The notes under the pieces: model-generated
Told to the model about the DNA's origin: nothing
Database searches by the model: none
Seen by the model: only the letters and a program-made list of their open reading frames with translations
In this document: positions 12,016 through 23,900 of the stretch, piece after piece
How the letters are laid out: the number at the start of each line of letters is the position of its first letter
Numbering within the stretch: position 1 is the first letter of the stretch
Assembly (NCBI GenBank): GCA_002633005.1
Contig: NMRA01000006.1
Coordinates: 735,998 to 788,456, forward strand
Source of the DNA: Phoronis australis
Lineage: Eukaryota; Animalia; Phoronida
Reading direction: 5' to 3'
Length of the DNA stretch: 52,459 bases
Translations under genes and position numbers: made by a program

Positions 12016-13757
12016 GTGAAACGGTCAGCCTTTGTCATAGCTACTAATGTGCTCTTGTGGTAGTGATATCCAACATGAAGAGACAGTAAATTGGATCTAC
12101 TTAATATCTGAGTATGGTCTTGTCTGACAGTGTATTCCCAAGTTCATACCTCCTTTATAGTCAAGCATATACCTTCTGCATAGCTAGGGCTGAAGTGAAG
12201 ATTTCAGGTTTGAGTGTTGGCATGACATCAATTGCATTGTTGAACAAGCTCGACTTGACATGTTATTTCGGTCTTATGCAGTATGGATAGCAGGACTGAA
12301 CTTCAGTTTAATTATTGTCGAAGGCACTTATCCAGACTCCTGTGGTACTGGACACATATTGAGGTCAATGTTTCTGTTGTCTATCTTTAGTGCGTCATAC
12401 ATCATTTCCATGTCTACAGACCCACTACCTACTCACATTGTATTTTCATGTTTTGAAAACATTCGTGAAATGTAACCTGGGTAGGCAGGACCTTGTCGCA
12501 TCACTTTTTATTCCCTGGTTTCATGTTTATATGCAGTAACACTCCCATGCTTAAATGTGCGTAGCTGTATGATAAACAAGTTGAAAATACTACATTCTGT
12601 GAAGTTGTGAATATAAAATGGTGTTGTGCAAGTCATGTTATTGAGAACAAGAATCGAGTGATGTGAGGTCATCAGTTCTAAAATCCTTGCCCTGTGGTAC
12701 TGAGTATTTGGGTAATGCGCAACACATCATTTTGTGGTTGTTATGCTCTTGTAATCTACATCATTCTGTTTGTCACATTATTATCTTCACGTGCACTGTC
12801 TGTTGTGTTGTTGAACCGTTCACCTATGGAATGCAGAAATTAATAATGCAAGTTGGCAGTTTGCATTATAATTTGTTATAGGTGGAGCATGAAAGTGCCA
12901 CCAGCAGATATTTCTGAATATTGTTTTGATATTTTGTAAAGTTGTTTTGTATAACATCTAAAAAGTTAATTTTCTTTATGTACTTCTTCATTTTCTTTCA
13001 CATGCGGACATGCATGCTGACAAGACTTTATATTTCAAAAACACCCACTGAAAATGTAACTTAATTTTGCAAGTTACATTTGGCATTGGGTTGAGGTTGA
13101 TAAAAATCAATAGAGAATGTGAGACCACTTAGAGTGCCAAAAAGTCCCAATTTTTAATGTTAACTGGGTATACTGGCTTGTGGTAGAATGCTATATGTGG
13201 TTATAATTTACGACTACCACTAGTGGGCACATGCTGTAGAATTTCAGTACATGGTGCTTGCGAATGATAATTATAACTTTAAAGCAACTAGCAGGGCCAC
13301 CTTTGAAAATGATAAAAAAATAATGTGAAAACCATTAGTTTGGTTCACGTGTTTTGGGCTGGAAACCCTTTTGATTTTTAATACACAGAGTTAGCTTTGA
13401 TATTTACAGTTGTGATCATTACAGCATGCAGTGAATGGAGTTCTGTTTGCTCACTTTAATAATTTATTCGACTTTGAAGTTTGTGACTTCCAACTCGACC
13501 CAATTAGCAATGCGTGGGTCTTTAAACAGTATGTGTGTACACTTAAAAGAGTGCATAAAATCAACATTAATTGTTTTAAATTTGTCACAGACAAAACAGA
13601 ACAAAAATTTATATTAAAATTTAATCCTTGTAACAACCAGAAAATACAAAACAATTAGATGTCTACATGAAATCAGTGAATTACATAACAATGATGCGTG
13701 AATTTACAGTAGTCTTTCTTCACACAAAAAACTGTCAAAATGGTAAATTTTCTATTA

Positions 13758-14321
13758 GGGCTGTTCCAGCAAAATCTGTGTGGGAGGGGGGGAAGGCAAC
13801 TGAAATAAAAATTTATGGGTGGTTGCGTTTGATTTAAATTCAAAATGGCTGGTGGTCGTACTTCAAAAAAATAAAAATTTACAGGTCGTTGTTTCATTGG
13901 GCCATAAATGTTTGATGGTGGGTAATTTCAGTGAATTTTATAAACAATCCGCACAGAGTCAAAAACTGAAACAAAAACGCATCTTACAAAAAGCTCCGAC
14001 TTTTTCACTCCCTCCGATCTCATCGGCATGCCCATAACACCAGTTAACCACAGGTGCTCAAATTTCTCGATAGCTAATAACCATATATAAGAAACATGTT
14101 TTCTTAGTAATGAATGACGTTAGTGGTGATGGAGGAACAGATAAACTCGAGCGCCTTTGCAGTCAACCACAAGAACAAAAACAAAATTACGGGTGGTTAC
14201 ATTTAAAACTTATATAAAAAATTACGGGTGGTAGGCTGAAGAAATAAATGAAAAATGTGGGTGGTGGGTGCGAAAAAAAGTTGCCTTCCCCCCTCCCATA
14301 CAGATTTTACTGGAACAACCC
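13758..14321. mobile_element. PIF/Harbinger (Tourist-like) MITE
   Basis: TTA TSD (13755-13757, 14322-14324); ~44-bp TIR GGG(C/T)TGTTCCAG(C/T)AAAATCTGT(G/A)TGGGAGGGGGG..AAGGCAACT. Confidence 0.85.
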
Positions 14322-14731
14322 TTAGACTGATGAGGGAAATATCAGCTAATTTGGGTTTGTTGGCTACTTGCCTGACTACACAATTCTAATTTTGGAGGCG
14401 AATACTGAAGATAGGATAAGAATGAAGCAGCATTTCTTACTAATTCTTGTTGTGAAAAAAATTGCATACTTCTACTATATTACAAGCTAAGTAGGATTGA
14501 GAAGAATGTCAAATTATTTTCATGACGTGTGTAAAAGCACCGTATTCAATAAGTACAGGGCAACCTTTTTTAATCTCTGGCTAGTTGGCTAAGTTTACAC
14601 TGATATGAAATAGAGTTTCAATTTGACTTAATGAAATGCACAGACTTGGTTATTGCAGGTGACACTAAGTTTAATGAGAACAGAATGTGTTAACAAGAAC
14701 CACAACCGGGTTATTTTCAGTAGTTGCCTCC

Positions 14732-14902
14732 CTATTCACCAGAGGCTTTATTCATTTCCTCTGAGTAGCGATGCACAGCATCCACAAATGCCTTGAGACT
14801 GTCTGGTTTGAAGTCGGGGTACATGCCATGACCCAGGTTGGCGATGTAGCGCTGTGTACCAAACTTTGACACCATCTCCTTCACAGTTCTTGCAATGTCA
14901 TC
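14732..14902 (-). CDS. UROD: UROD terminal exon
   Basis: [10 protein letters not shown]...[13 protein letters not shown]...stop. Confidence 0.95.
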   Translation of the reverse strand, partial: DDIARTVKEMVSKFGTQRYIANLGHGMYPDFKPDSLKAFVDAVHRYSEEMNKASGE

Positions 14903-17900
14903 CTGTTGGACAGAAAAAGTGAACATATAATGTTTCCATACAATTACCTGTTCATTTGGCCAGATACCTAGAGAACCCAAGAACATAGCTATCATTCCTG
15001 ATGATCTGAGAGCTGCTACAAACGTGTCTTCCATCAAAATCTAACTAGATTTAGAACATTCAACGCAAGGGAAAAATACAGATAAGCCTTTCTGTGGAAA
15101 CTGGATTAAATGAAAAGCTAGTCTCTGTTATGGAACATAGGTTTAAACCAGCTTTAAGAAAGGATGGGGGGAGGGGGAGTTTCCAACAGAGGTGCTAGAG
15201 TATAACAATATTTTCATAAGACAAGTTCTTTATCTTTGAAAACCATGCAAACCTGAGCTCAAATTTTAGGAAAGTACTTTTTTGTTTGAAATTTAGGAAT
15301 TTTTGACATAGCCACGTAATAAAATGAAGAAGTATGTAAAAATACGAAAGCGGTGGCGTGAAAGGTTGTATAAAAGGTCACGGCCACGTTTGAGTTGGCC
15401 ATATACTTGAAAATTAGCACTGCACACTTAAAACGTGTTAAAATGCATTATTTTGCCTACAAAACCATGTACTACTACATGTGAGCTGCATTGCTGTTAG
15501 TTCTCCTGAATATTGAAAATTTTCATACAGCAATTTTACTGAGCCAATCAAATTTTACCACACAGAAACGGGGTGGCCTTGCATTCGTATTGTGGCATTA
15601 TTTTTGAAACGTTGCCACAAAAATCATTATTTCTCCTATAACGCCATGGCCTTAAGAGGACTTACAAAACAAAGAATGCATCAAATTACACGAAAACAAC
15701 TTTATAACCAATTAACTCTACTGTATGAATTGCCACGCAGATGGAATCATACCTCACTAGCATAGAGAGCACATGGATCCAAATTGCCTTGAAGAGTTAT
15801 GGTAGCTCCCACTTGCCTCCTGCAATGAATGCATTATAAGAGTATTGTCAAGTGCCTAGGCTGTGACCCAGCACCACCTTCACAGCATGCCAGATTTATC
15901 AAACCTATTATTTTACCCAGATAAGCGTAAAAAAAAAACAACTGTCAAAGTTCAGACACTACTGTAAGTGTCCTCTGGTAAGAAGCATTTATAGTAGCTG
16001 GTTGGGAAATGAGCAAATCACCTAATTCAACTAATCTAAGATCTGACAAATGAAGTCATAAAATGTTTGGCTGTGAAGTCTCAAGATTGAATGTCATTCA
16101 AGCGATGGACCTTTCTTTGGGCTTAGCAAAGAGCAGAGTTGAGCAAAGATTGGCTTAAAACATATACAAGACTTTATGGCTACATGATGAGTGGCACTGA
16201 GAACAGTATAGGTATAAATCAAGCCAGTCACCTGGCAGACACAGGCTTGATGGTCCAGTCGAGGCCTACCACTTCATACCCACTCTTGGACAAGTCTTCC
16301 AGAGCGTAGTGGGCGTCTTTGGCAAACACAATCTGAAATAGAGTTGTCATGTGCATGATGATGACGTGAAGATTTACCACAATGTAACATATTCAGCACC
16401 AGTATTTGTTGTTATGTCCTTGTTTAGCAGTGGGAGACTTGGTGCTCACTAGGTGGCAGTTATGAAAAACATCCTTCGTTTGAACATCTGCAGAGCTTGG
16501 GAGACAAATTTTAATGTAAGAAGTACTATTATACCAGTATGAATGCAGGCGTTAGCAAGATAAATGTCCCAGACATTTCTATTGGCAAAACCCTTGCTTT
16601 ACCTATGCCACCAAGTGAATGAGTTCCCATGGTAACGTTCAGGGCTGCACATCTGATAGTTAGAATCTTTTATGAGCATGCTGGCTAATACAACATTTGT
16701 TTCCGATCATTTAAATTTCTATGAAGATTGTGGATATTTTGAACAGTTACTGTGATAAAATGAAACTATTCAGAGACTCACTGGTCGGACCTGTACTAAC
16801 TACATTAGGGGTGTAGAACAATTAATAGTATCCTGAATACCCACCATAGGAACTGAAGGCACTCCATCATTGGACAAAGCCAACTTGACATTCTTGGCGA
16901 TCTGCTTGAGGTATGGCAGAGCGAACTTGGCGAACATGTCGGGTCCCAGAATACCAGCATGAGATTCAAACACCTGAAGAAGCTGTAGACGATACGTGAC
17001 GTTAACCCTGAACTTTCTGTCAGAAAATCAAGTTCTGATGCACACTACTCAATAGGTCTCCTTTCACTTCATATTCAGTTTAGAAGTGAGCCCTGTTTTC
17101 AGAAGAAGCTTCTAAAATTTCAGGTGACGTGACCTGAAATTTTATGAGCTTGGCCTTAAACAATAACAGATTGTCAGTTCTTTCAAAGCCCCGACATCAC
17201 CTTTAATTTGACTAAGAAACAAATTGAAACCAAATAATTGCTTGTCAAAAACGTTTAACGCACAACACTGCTCAAATCTGTATTAAAATCACCTGGTGCC
17301 AGAGTGTATCTCAGCCACGTAACTTCGTACCAAGTTTCATCATGATCCATCAAACGATGGAGAAGAAATGTTACCATGGACGAATGCATAGTCAGATGAA
17401 CTGCTGAGAATGTGGGGCACAAAAAAATTCCAACCTACCAGTTTTGTGCAAAGTTGGTGTAAAGGGCAGGGCCTTGAGGCCTAAGTACGCCTGATGTACT
17501 GCAAAAGGCATCTGGCCACCTGCACTCTTTTTTGAGCAAAATTCATGAGAAATTACCATTCTTGAAATGTAAGGTAGTTAGCAGTGGCTAATGATGACTG
17601 TCACATTACCTACCTGCACCCACCCATGACCTGTTCCAACAGGCAGTTAGTGCAGTCAACAGCAGTAGCTCATGGCTGTTACACGGTGTACCTGAGGTTA
17701 TTTACCTGAACTCCAGCCATGACCTGCTCCACCAGGTAGCACGTGCAGCTTGGTCAATAAGTTTCTTGAAACTGTTACAACTCACCTGGGCTCCAGCCTT
17801 GACCTGTTCCACCAGGTAACTGGTAATTAGATTGGTCAACAGCTGCAGTAGCTTGTGGCTGTCTTCTGGCTCTTTGTAGAGCCACCTTTTGGCATTTGCT

Positions 17901-20900
17901 TGCGTGGTGGAGCCACCTCCTTCTATCATGTACGTCATCAGGGTCCACTAAAACGTAGACATAGTCAGACAAAACTTGACAAGGACATGGACATGGATAC
18001 AAGGAGAGATATGTCACAAGGCCTGAAGTATATTAAATTGATAGATCACTTCAGGGTCAGACATTATTTGACTACAACTCCAAGACCAATAAAATTTTGT
18101 ACAACATCTAAAAATGTCACATGTCAATGACCATTAGAAGGCTGACTTACCTTCTTATTGTCTGGCCCCAAACCAGACAGCAGACCAGTCTTCTAATTGT
18201 GAGAAGCCCAATTTAAAGAGCTTGACTTTTTGGTTATGCTCTGCCCACCTGTAGTGGTCCCATGTCATTTTCCAAAATATTAGAACATTTTGTACTTATT
18301 AGACAGTGGGACAGTTCCAACAATGTTTGGCTGATAGACTAGTGGAAATGTGTTGACAGAAATACAACAGAATCTGTAAGCTAGTGCAATGCCTGATGAT
18401 GAAGAATAGAATAGTGCTGTGGTTTAGGCTGTGTACTCTTAATTGAAAGGCCCAGGTTCAAGTGTGCATGACCCGCCTCCATCTCTCTGCATGAAACAGA
18501 GCGGGCAGTAGAGGATTAGAGGGCCCTCACAGAAAGTACAACCCAGTACTGATGAGACATCTTTCATTTAAAATAAGCTAAGTACTTAGTGCATCTTCAA
18601 TATGAAGGCTATGTCTGCTTAATATACACTATCATACAAGTGAGTAATATTAAGGAGGCCTAATTACTCACAGGGGCTCCACTGAAGCCAATTAAGGGCA
18701 CTTTGCCATCCAGCTTATGTCGAGTTAACCTAATGGCGTCCATGACATAGCCCAGCTCTTTCTTTACGTCAGCACTGGCGTTGAGCAAGCCGAGATCTTC
18801 AGGGGTCTTCAATGGCTCAGGGAAATGGGGGCCCTGTAATGATCAGGCCTAGATATAATGTTTTCCAGCAGTTTCTGGTCCAGGACTAACTCCCAATTAT
18901 TGTACATTATATTTTTCATAACATTAAGAAAGACAGAGACAAGTTTGAAGCCTTGAGAATGTGAAACAAGAACAATGAGCTGATATGATAGACATAGCAT
19001 GGTAACTACTACTGTAACAATAACACTTCCATTCAAATAACAATAATGCAAAAATGGATTTTCATTTTCTTAAAATTTTCAAGAAAATTTTTTTCGGTAC
19101 GAAGCAGGGTTCTCCACCCCCATAGAGCATAAGTAAACTATGCCATCGATGTGAAACAGTTTTTGTGCCCTGAATATTAAAGGGACATTATTGTCAAGAC
19201 AGTAATTTACAGAGATGGGCTTCAGCACAGAGACGACCCCCCCTCCCTGTGATCACAAGTAATTTACAGAGATGGGCTTCAGCACAGAGACAACCCCCCC
19301 TCCCTGTGGTCACAAGTAATTTACAGAGATGGGCTTCAGCACAGAAACGACCCCCCTCCCTGTGGTCACAGTCCAATTTCTGGCCGAGCTAAAACCTACT
19401 CTATAAATGGTCCAGCATTTTAAGTGTATTTAGAGTCACTAGTGCCGATTTCAGCGGGTGTCTGACAGACAATCACAAGAATTGGCGATTTGTTGCAAAA
19501 TCCCCAAACCCACTGAATTTTGTTCCTTTAATGACTCCAGTCAAAAGGTAGTAATTTTAAGAAGTCAATCCCACCTAACAACAACATCAAAAATGCGTTA
19601 TTCAACAATAAAACCAATAATCCCCCTTTAGATTTCTTTATTCCAATACTGCTCAAGAAAATAAAAACTAACCTTTCCCTTGACCATTTCAACCTGCATC
19701 CCAAGAGCTTGAGGAATGACTAGAATATCAGAGAAGATGATGGCAGCATCTAGATCATACCTACGTATAGGCTGAAATAACAAAGAACAATGCCTTGATG
19801 ACAAGTACCTAATATACAGGATGAAACAACAAAGACTACCTGGACAAAGAAAAAGTAAGACCAGCATTACTAATCTCTGTATGAAGATAATATTGTTTGC
19901 TCATTTACTGATCAGAGTGCTGCAGATTACATATGTACAATCTAAAGCCAAAGCTTTCTCTCGTCAAAATCATGCCACGCTGGCACACAATTATTTAATG
20001 AATGAATAAACCTAATTGTTACATAACCACAATTCGAGATGACAATCTGAAGTAGTCGAGTTCTACACAAATATATAGTGAATCACATACATAGCTTTTC
20101 ACATCTCAAATTAGTGTTGATTTAAACTAATTATTAACTGTAACTAAAGTTCAGCATGACCTCAGATTATGTTTGGCCACAAGGGAAAAATCTCAAGTCG
20201 CCATGAAGTCACCATTGCGAACATCAAACTCAGGCAATAATTACCCCCTAAATTTGTTTCAATGTTATTGTTGACTTCCGAACTTTAAGCTAGAAAGTTT
20301 ATAGTCAGAAAGTGACAACAGTGACTCTGAGTGAGTAAGACTTTTTGGAAAGTTTAAGTTGTGAACCTTTCCAGAGGCACCATAGCAGAATTATACAAGA
20401 AAATAAAAACGTGGATCACGCTGAATCACAGATGTTTAACTGTTGCCATGGTAGAATAAAAATTGTAACAAAAGAATACCTCATGTTGAATGAAATTAAA
20501 TATCCTTTGTAGTATTTTACCCTTTCCAGTGCATTACGAGCCCTAGTAGTGAAATAAATGTGAAGTCCATAAAATAATTGTTAACGCTAAGAATCACAGT
20601 GTCTAAACTGTTGACACATCAGAATACATGTTGAATGAAAAGCATAAAATTTGAGATGAAAAATGCACTTAATGACTCCATGGTTGTACCAAATGACCTG
20701 AAGCTTTGTAATTATGACTCAATTACATCAGATATGTGAATTTGAAGTTTCTACCTCAAAATCTTAGTTTGTACTCAATGACCAGATTACTTATAAAAGC
20801 AATGCATTTGACTGACATGTAGACTTACACCTGTACACTGAAATTGAAAACAACCCCTTGAAAAATGTAGGCGAAATAAGATTTTGAAAATTAGATGTCA

Positions 20901-23900
20901 TTTGCATCTATTGACCACTTGCGGTGCATATGAATCAAAAATACATTTTTAATAAAATTTACGGATGGCTCAAACGTACTTGGAAAGTTGAGTCATTTGA
21001 GAGTTATTGGGTTCTAGAAAAGATCAGAAAGAAAATAATAATAATACAAAGAAGATAAAAACCAGAGAATAACAATACTACACCAGTCAGCACACATCAA
21101 ACGTGCTCATCTTGTAACAGGAAGTCGCAATTGTTTGTCAAAAATCGGGGAGATACGTGCCACCAGTGTACGCAATCGTCTGCTTTCTATGTTCGTTCAT
21201 TGGTGGTAGGAATTGAGTTACAGAATGAAAGTATATTTATGAGGAGAAACTGGAGAGGTAAGTGCAAGATACTGAAAATGGGGCATGTTACCACCGTATC
21301 ACCTGTTTTGGTTGACGAATTTTAAGCCAGTCCAGTAATTTCAGATATCGTCTGGCGACCTACATTTTCAGTTTTGGTGACCTCAGATTTTATCATGCAA
21401 CCTCCGATTTTTCTCAGGTCGCCAAATGCGACTTGGCGTCAAGCTAACCATGAAGCGCTGAGAAGTTACATTTGTATCGACTTTTTCGAAGAGAAGTTAA
21501 ATGTAAATGACTAATATCTGAAATTGAAAACAGTAAACAAAGTTTAACTTACCTGTAGAGTGACTTCGCATGCCAACTCGGGTGTTCTACACACCTCAAA
21601 GAACTCATGCTTGGACCGAACTTCTTGGAACTCTGTAAAACAAGTCAACACTTGAATTTAACAAACATGACCTAAACAGAACAACACTTCATATGGAAAA
21701 AATTTTATTAATGTCTACTAAACAAGACAACAAATACATATTTTAGTAGCTCGAACACCAGCCAATAGATGTCACCCCCCATAACAGCAGCAAGATGTGA
21801 GGAAAGCACTGTGTTCACGTTTAATAGAAGAAATCAATGATGTTAATAAAAATGTTAGGAGAGTAGATCATCTACCCTGATAATACCCAACTAAAATCAT
21901 TACTTGAGGCAAAAAAATCCATTAGGAGGCACTGTGTATATGTGAGTGGCGAGACACTAAGCAATTTCATCAGACTGGCAGAATTAGAATGAAACAATAT
22001 CTTTTTCATGTTTAATTAGTAGATTATTAATGTTCTGTATGGTATCCAATCTATAAAGGAGAATGACACACAAAAAAACCTATTTCGTATCAATTTAGAT
22101 TGGGTAGTTCCACTTGACAACAGCAAGTTAAGTTGTTTTACCTAACACCTGACGGCAGACATAGGTGTTTGAAATTAATCAATGACGTAATCGGTTCGAA
22201 CGCAGTCTGTTCAGCCGTTCACAACACTCTTACTGATGTCAACTTATCGCTTGAATGCATCGTTTTACACCAATAAATCATCAAACTTTGATGTGAAACC
22301 CTTACAAATACATCGAGTTCTTGAACAAACGTGTTGTTTTTATTTCACTATTACGGATTTATAGGTAATTCAACGTACTCTAGCTTACAGAGTTCGGTCA
22401 AGGAGTGTAGACTCTTAGGACAATTTATCATGGTCGATCGCGGGAGATTGGGTTTATTTGGTAATAAATTCGAATCATTCTTCCATGAAATACAGACACT
22501 GTGTGTTGTACTTTTAGACTTCCGCTTTTTTCAGTTCTAAACACACAAAACGCGTATTATCCCAGCCGGGCCCGTCGCGGCCACCAGGACTGAGCATCAC
22601 CACCATAAACCAGCTTAAGTTAGATACTAAACTTCCAGTCATGAAGACTATACTAGTGAGCCAAAGAAATAATGTGCACATAATTATTTTGGTGACATAG
22701 CCACGAAACTGCAAATCTACTTACTTGTCGGGGGCTGCGAAGTCAAGTTGCCCTTTTACAGAACCGTCAGGACAAAAGTTGTACAGTAACGATGATGTGA
22801 ATAATGTATTTGTATATCTAAATAAAGATTCCCCAAACATGTGACCATAGCATGTAAAATCGAGTTATTGTTTCACAACAGCTTTCTGTCAGCAAACAGA
22901 CTTTGTTTTATATAAGCATCGCTTAGGGTGAGAAAAGTTCATTTTGAAACAGAACGCAGAATAACAAACGTCAACATAAGAACTCGCAATCCCGACTTAG
23001 ACGAGAGCACATCCGACGAAGACTTCACAGGTGGATCGTTAAGTTTCACAGGCTATCAGTTTGAACAGGAATACAGTGATCAAGAAATAATAAAGAGACG
23101 CCGTGAACATGCACAGGCAACGGAACCTTTTAAAGGCGAAGGCAACCTTTTTCCATGTCATTTTGAGCTAAAATAAGGTTGGTTGGTTATCCTAGACATA
23201 TTTTCCACTTAATTACAGCTTTTCGTAATTTTATAAATTACTCGTCCGCTACTCCGGAAGTGACGTTTTAGGAGGCAAGCGCTTCCCGCCACTTGGTTTT
23301 GCGTTGACTTTACCGTGCGAATCTGTTCTATTCTACTTTTGTTTTGTGCTGTTTTTCAACAATTGTCACCACCACTTTCCATCGGCGAGTATTCTGCTGC
23401 AAGATAGGTTAGTAGAGAACTCAACCACGTTGGATTTAGGGCGGATTGTTTAGTGTGTTGTAAGCTGAAAATGGCTGGAGTCAGTGACCCGTATCACAGT
23501 GACAGTACTGTGAGTGACGGAGACCTTGTTCACAGCAGTGGTGACGAGGAATTTTTTCACGGACATTCAGTGGGTGGGTACATGTTTGAGCCCGAGTATA
23601 ACGAGGCAGAGTACGCACAGGCACAGGCAGCTGTTGAGAGAAACGAGGCGGCTACTGAGAACAGACGTGGTGACAAATCTTGGTGCAAATGCACTGTGTG
23701 CGTTGTTATGCCTACCTCAATGGAATGCTTGTGCTGTTCAGAGTTCGAAGAGGCCAAGCCACTACTGGGCATGGTTAAGTGGACCTCCGGCAAACCACGG
23801 ACAGAGGAACAACTGTCCCACTTGCCAGAGTGTCCCACGACACACTCCCACTGGATTGTGACCTGAGCACCCAAACTGCTTACACCGCCGGTGTCGTGTG

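Noticed and set aside
19201-19370. Regular repeats (also 38006-38151) as CRISPR arrays
   Set aside because: Head-to-tail identical units without unique spacers, eukaryotic context, no cas genes
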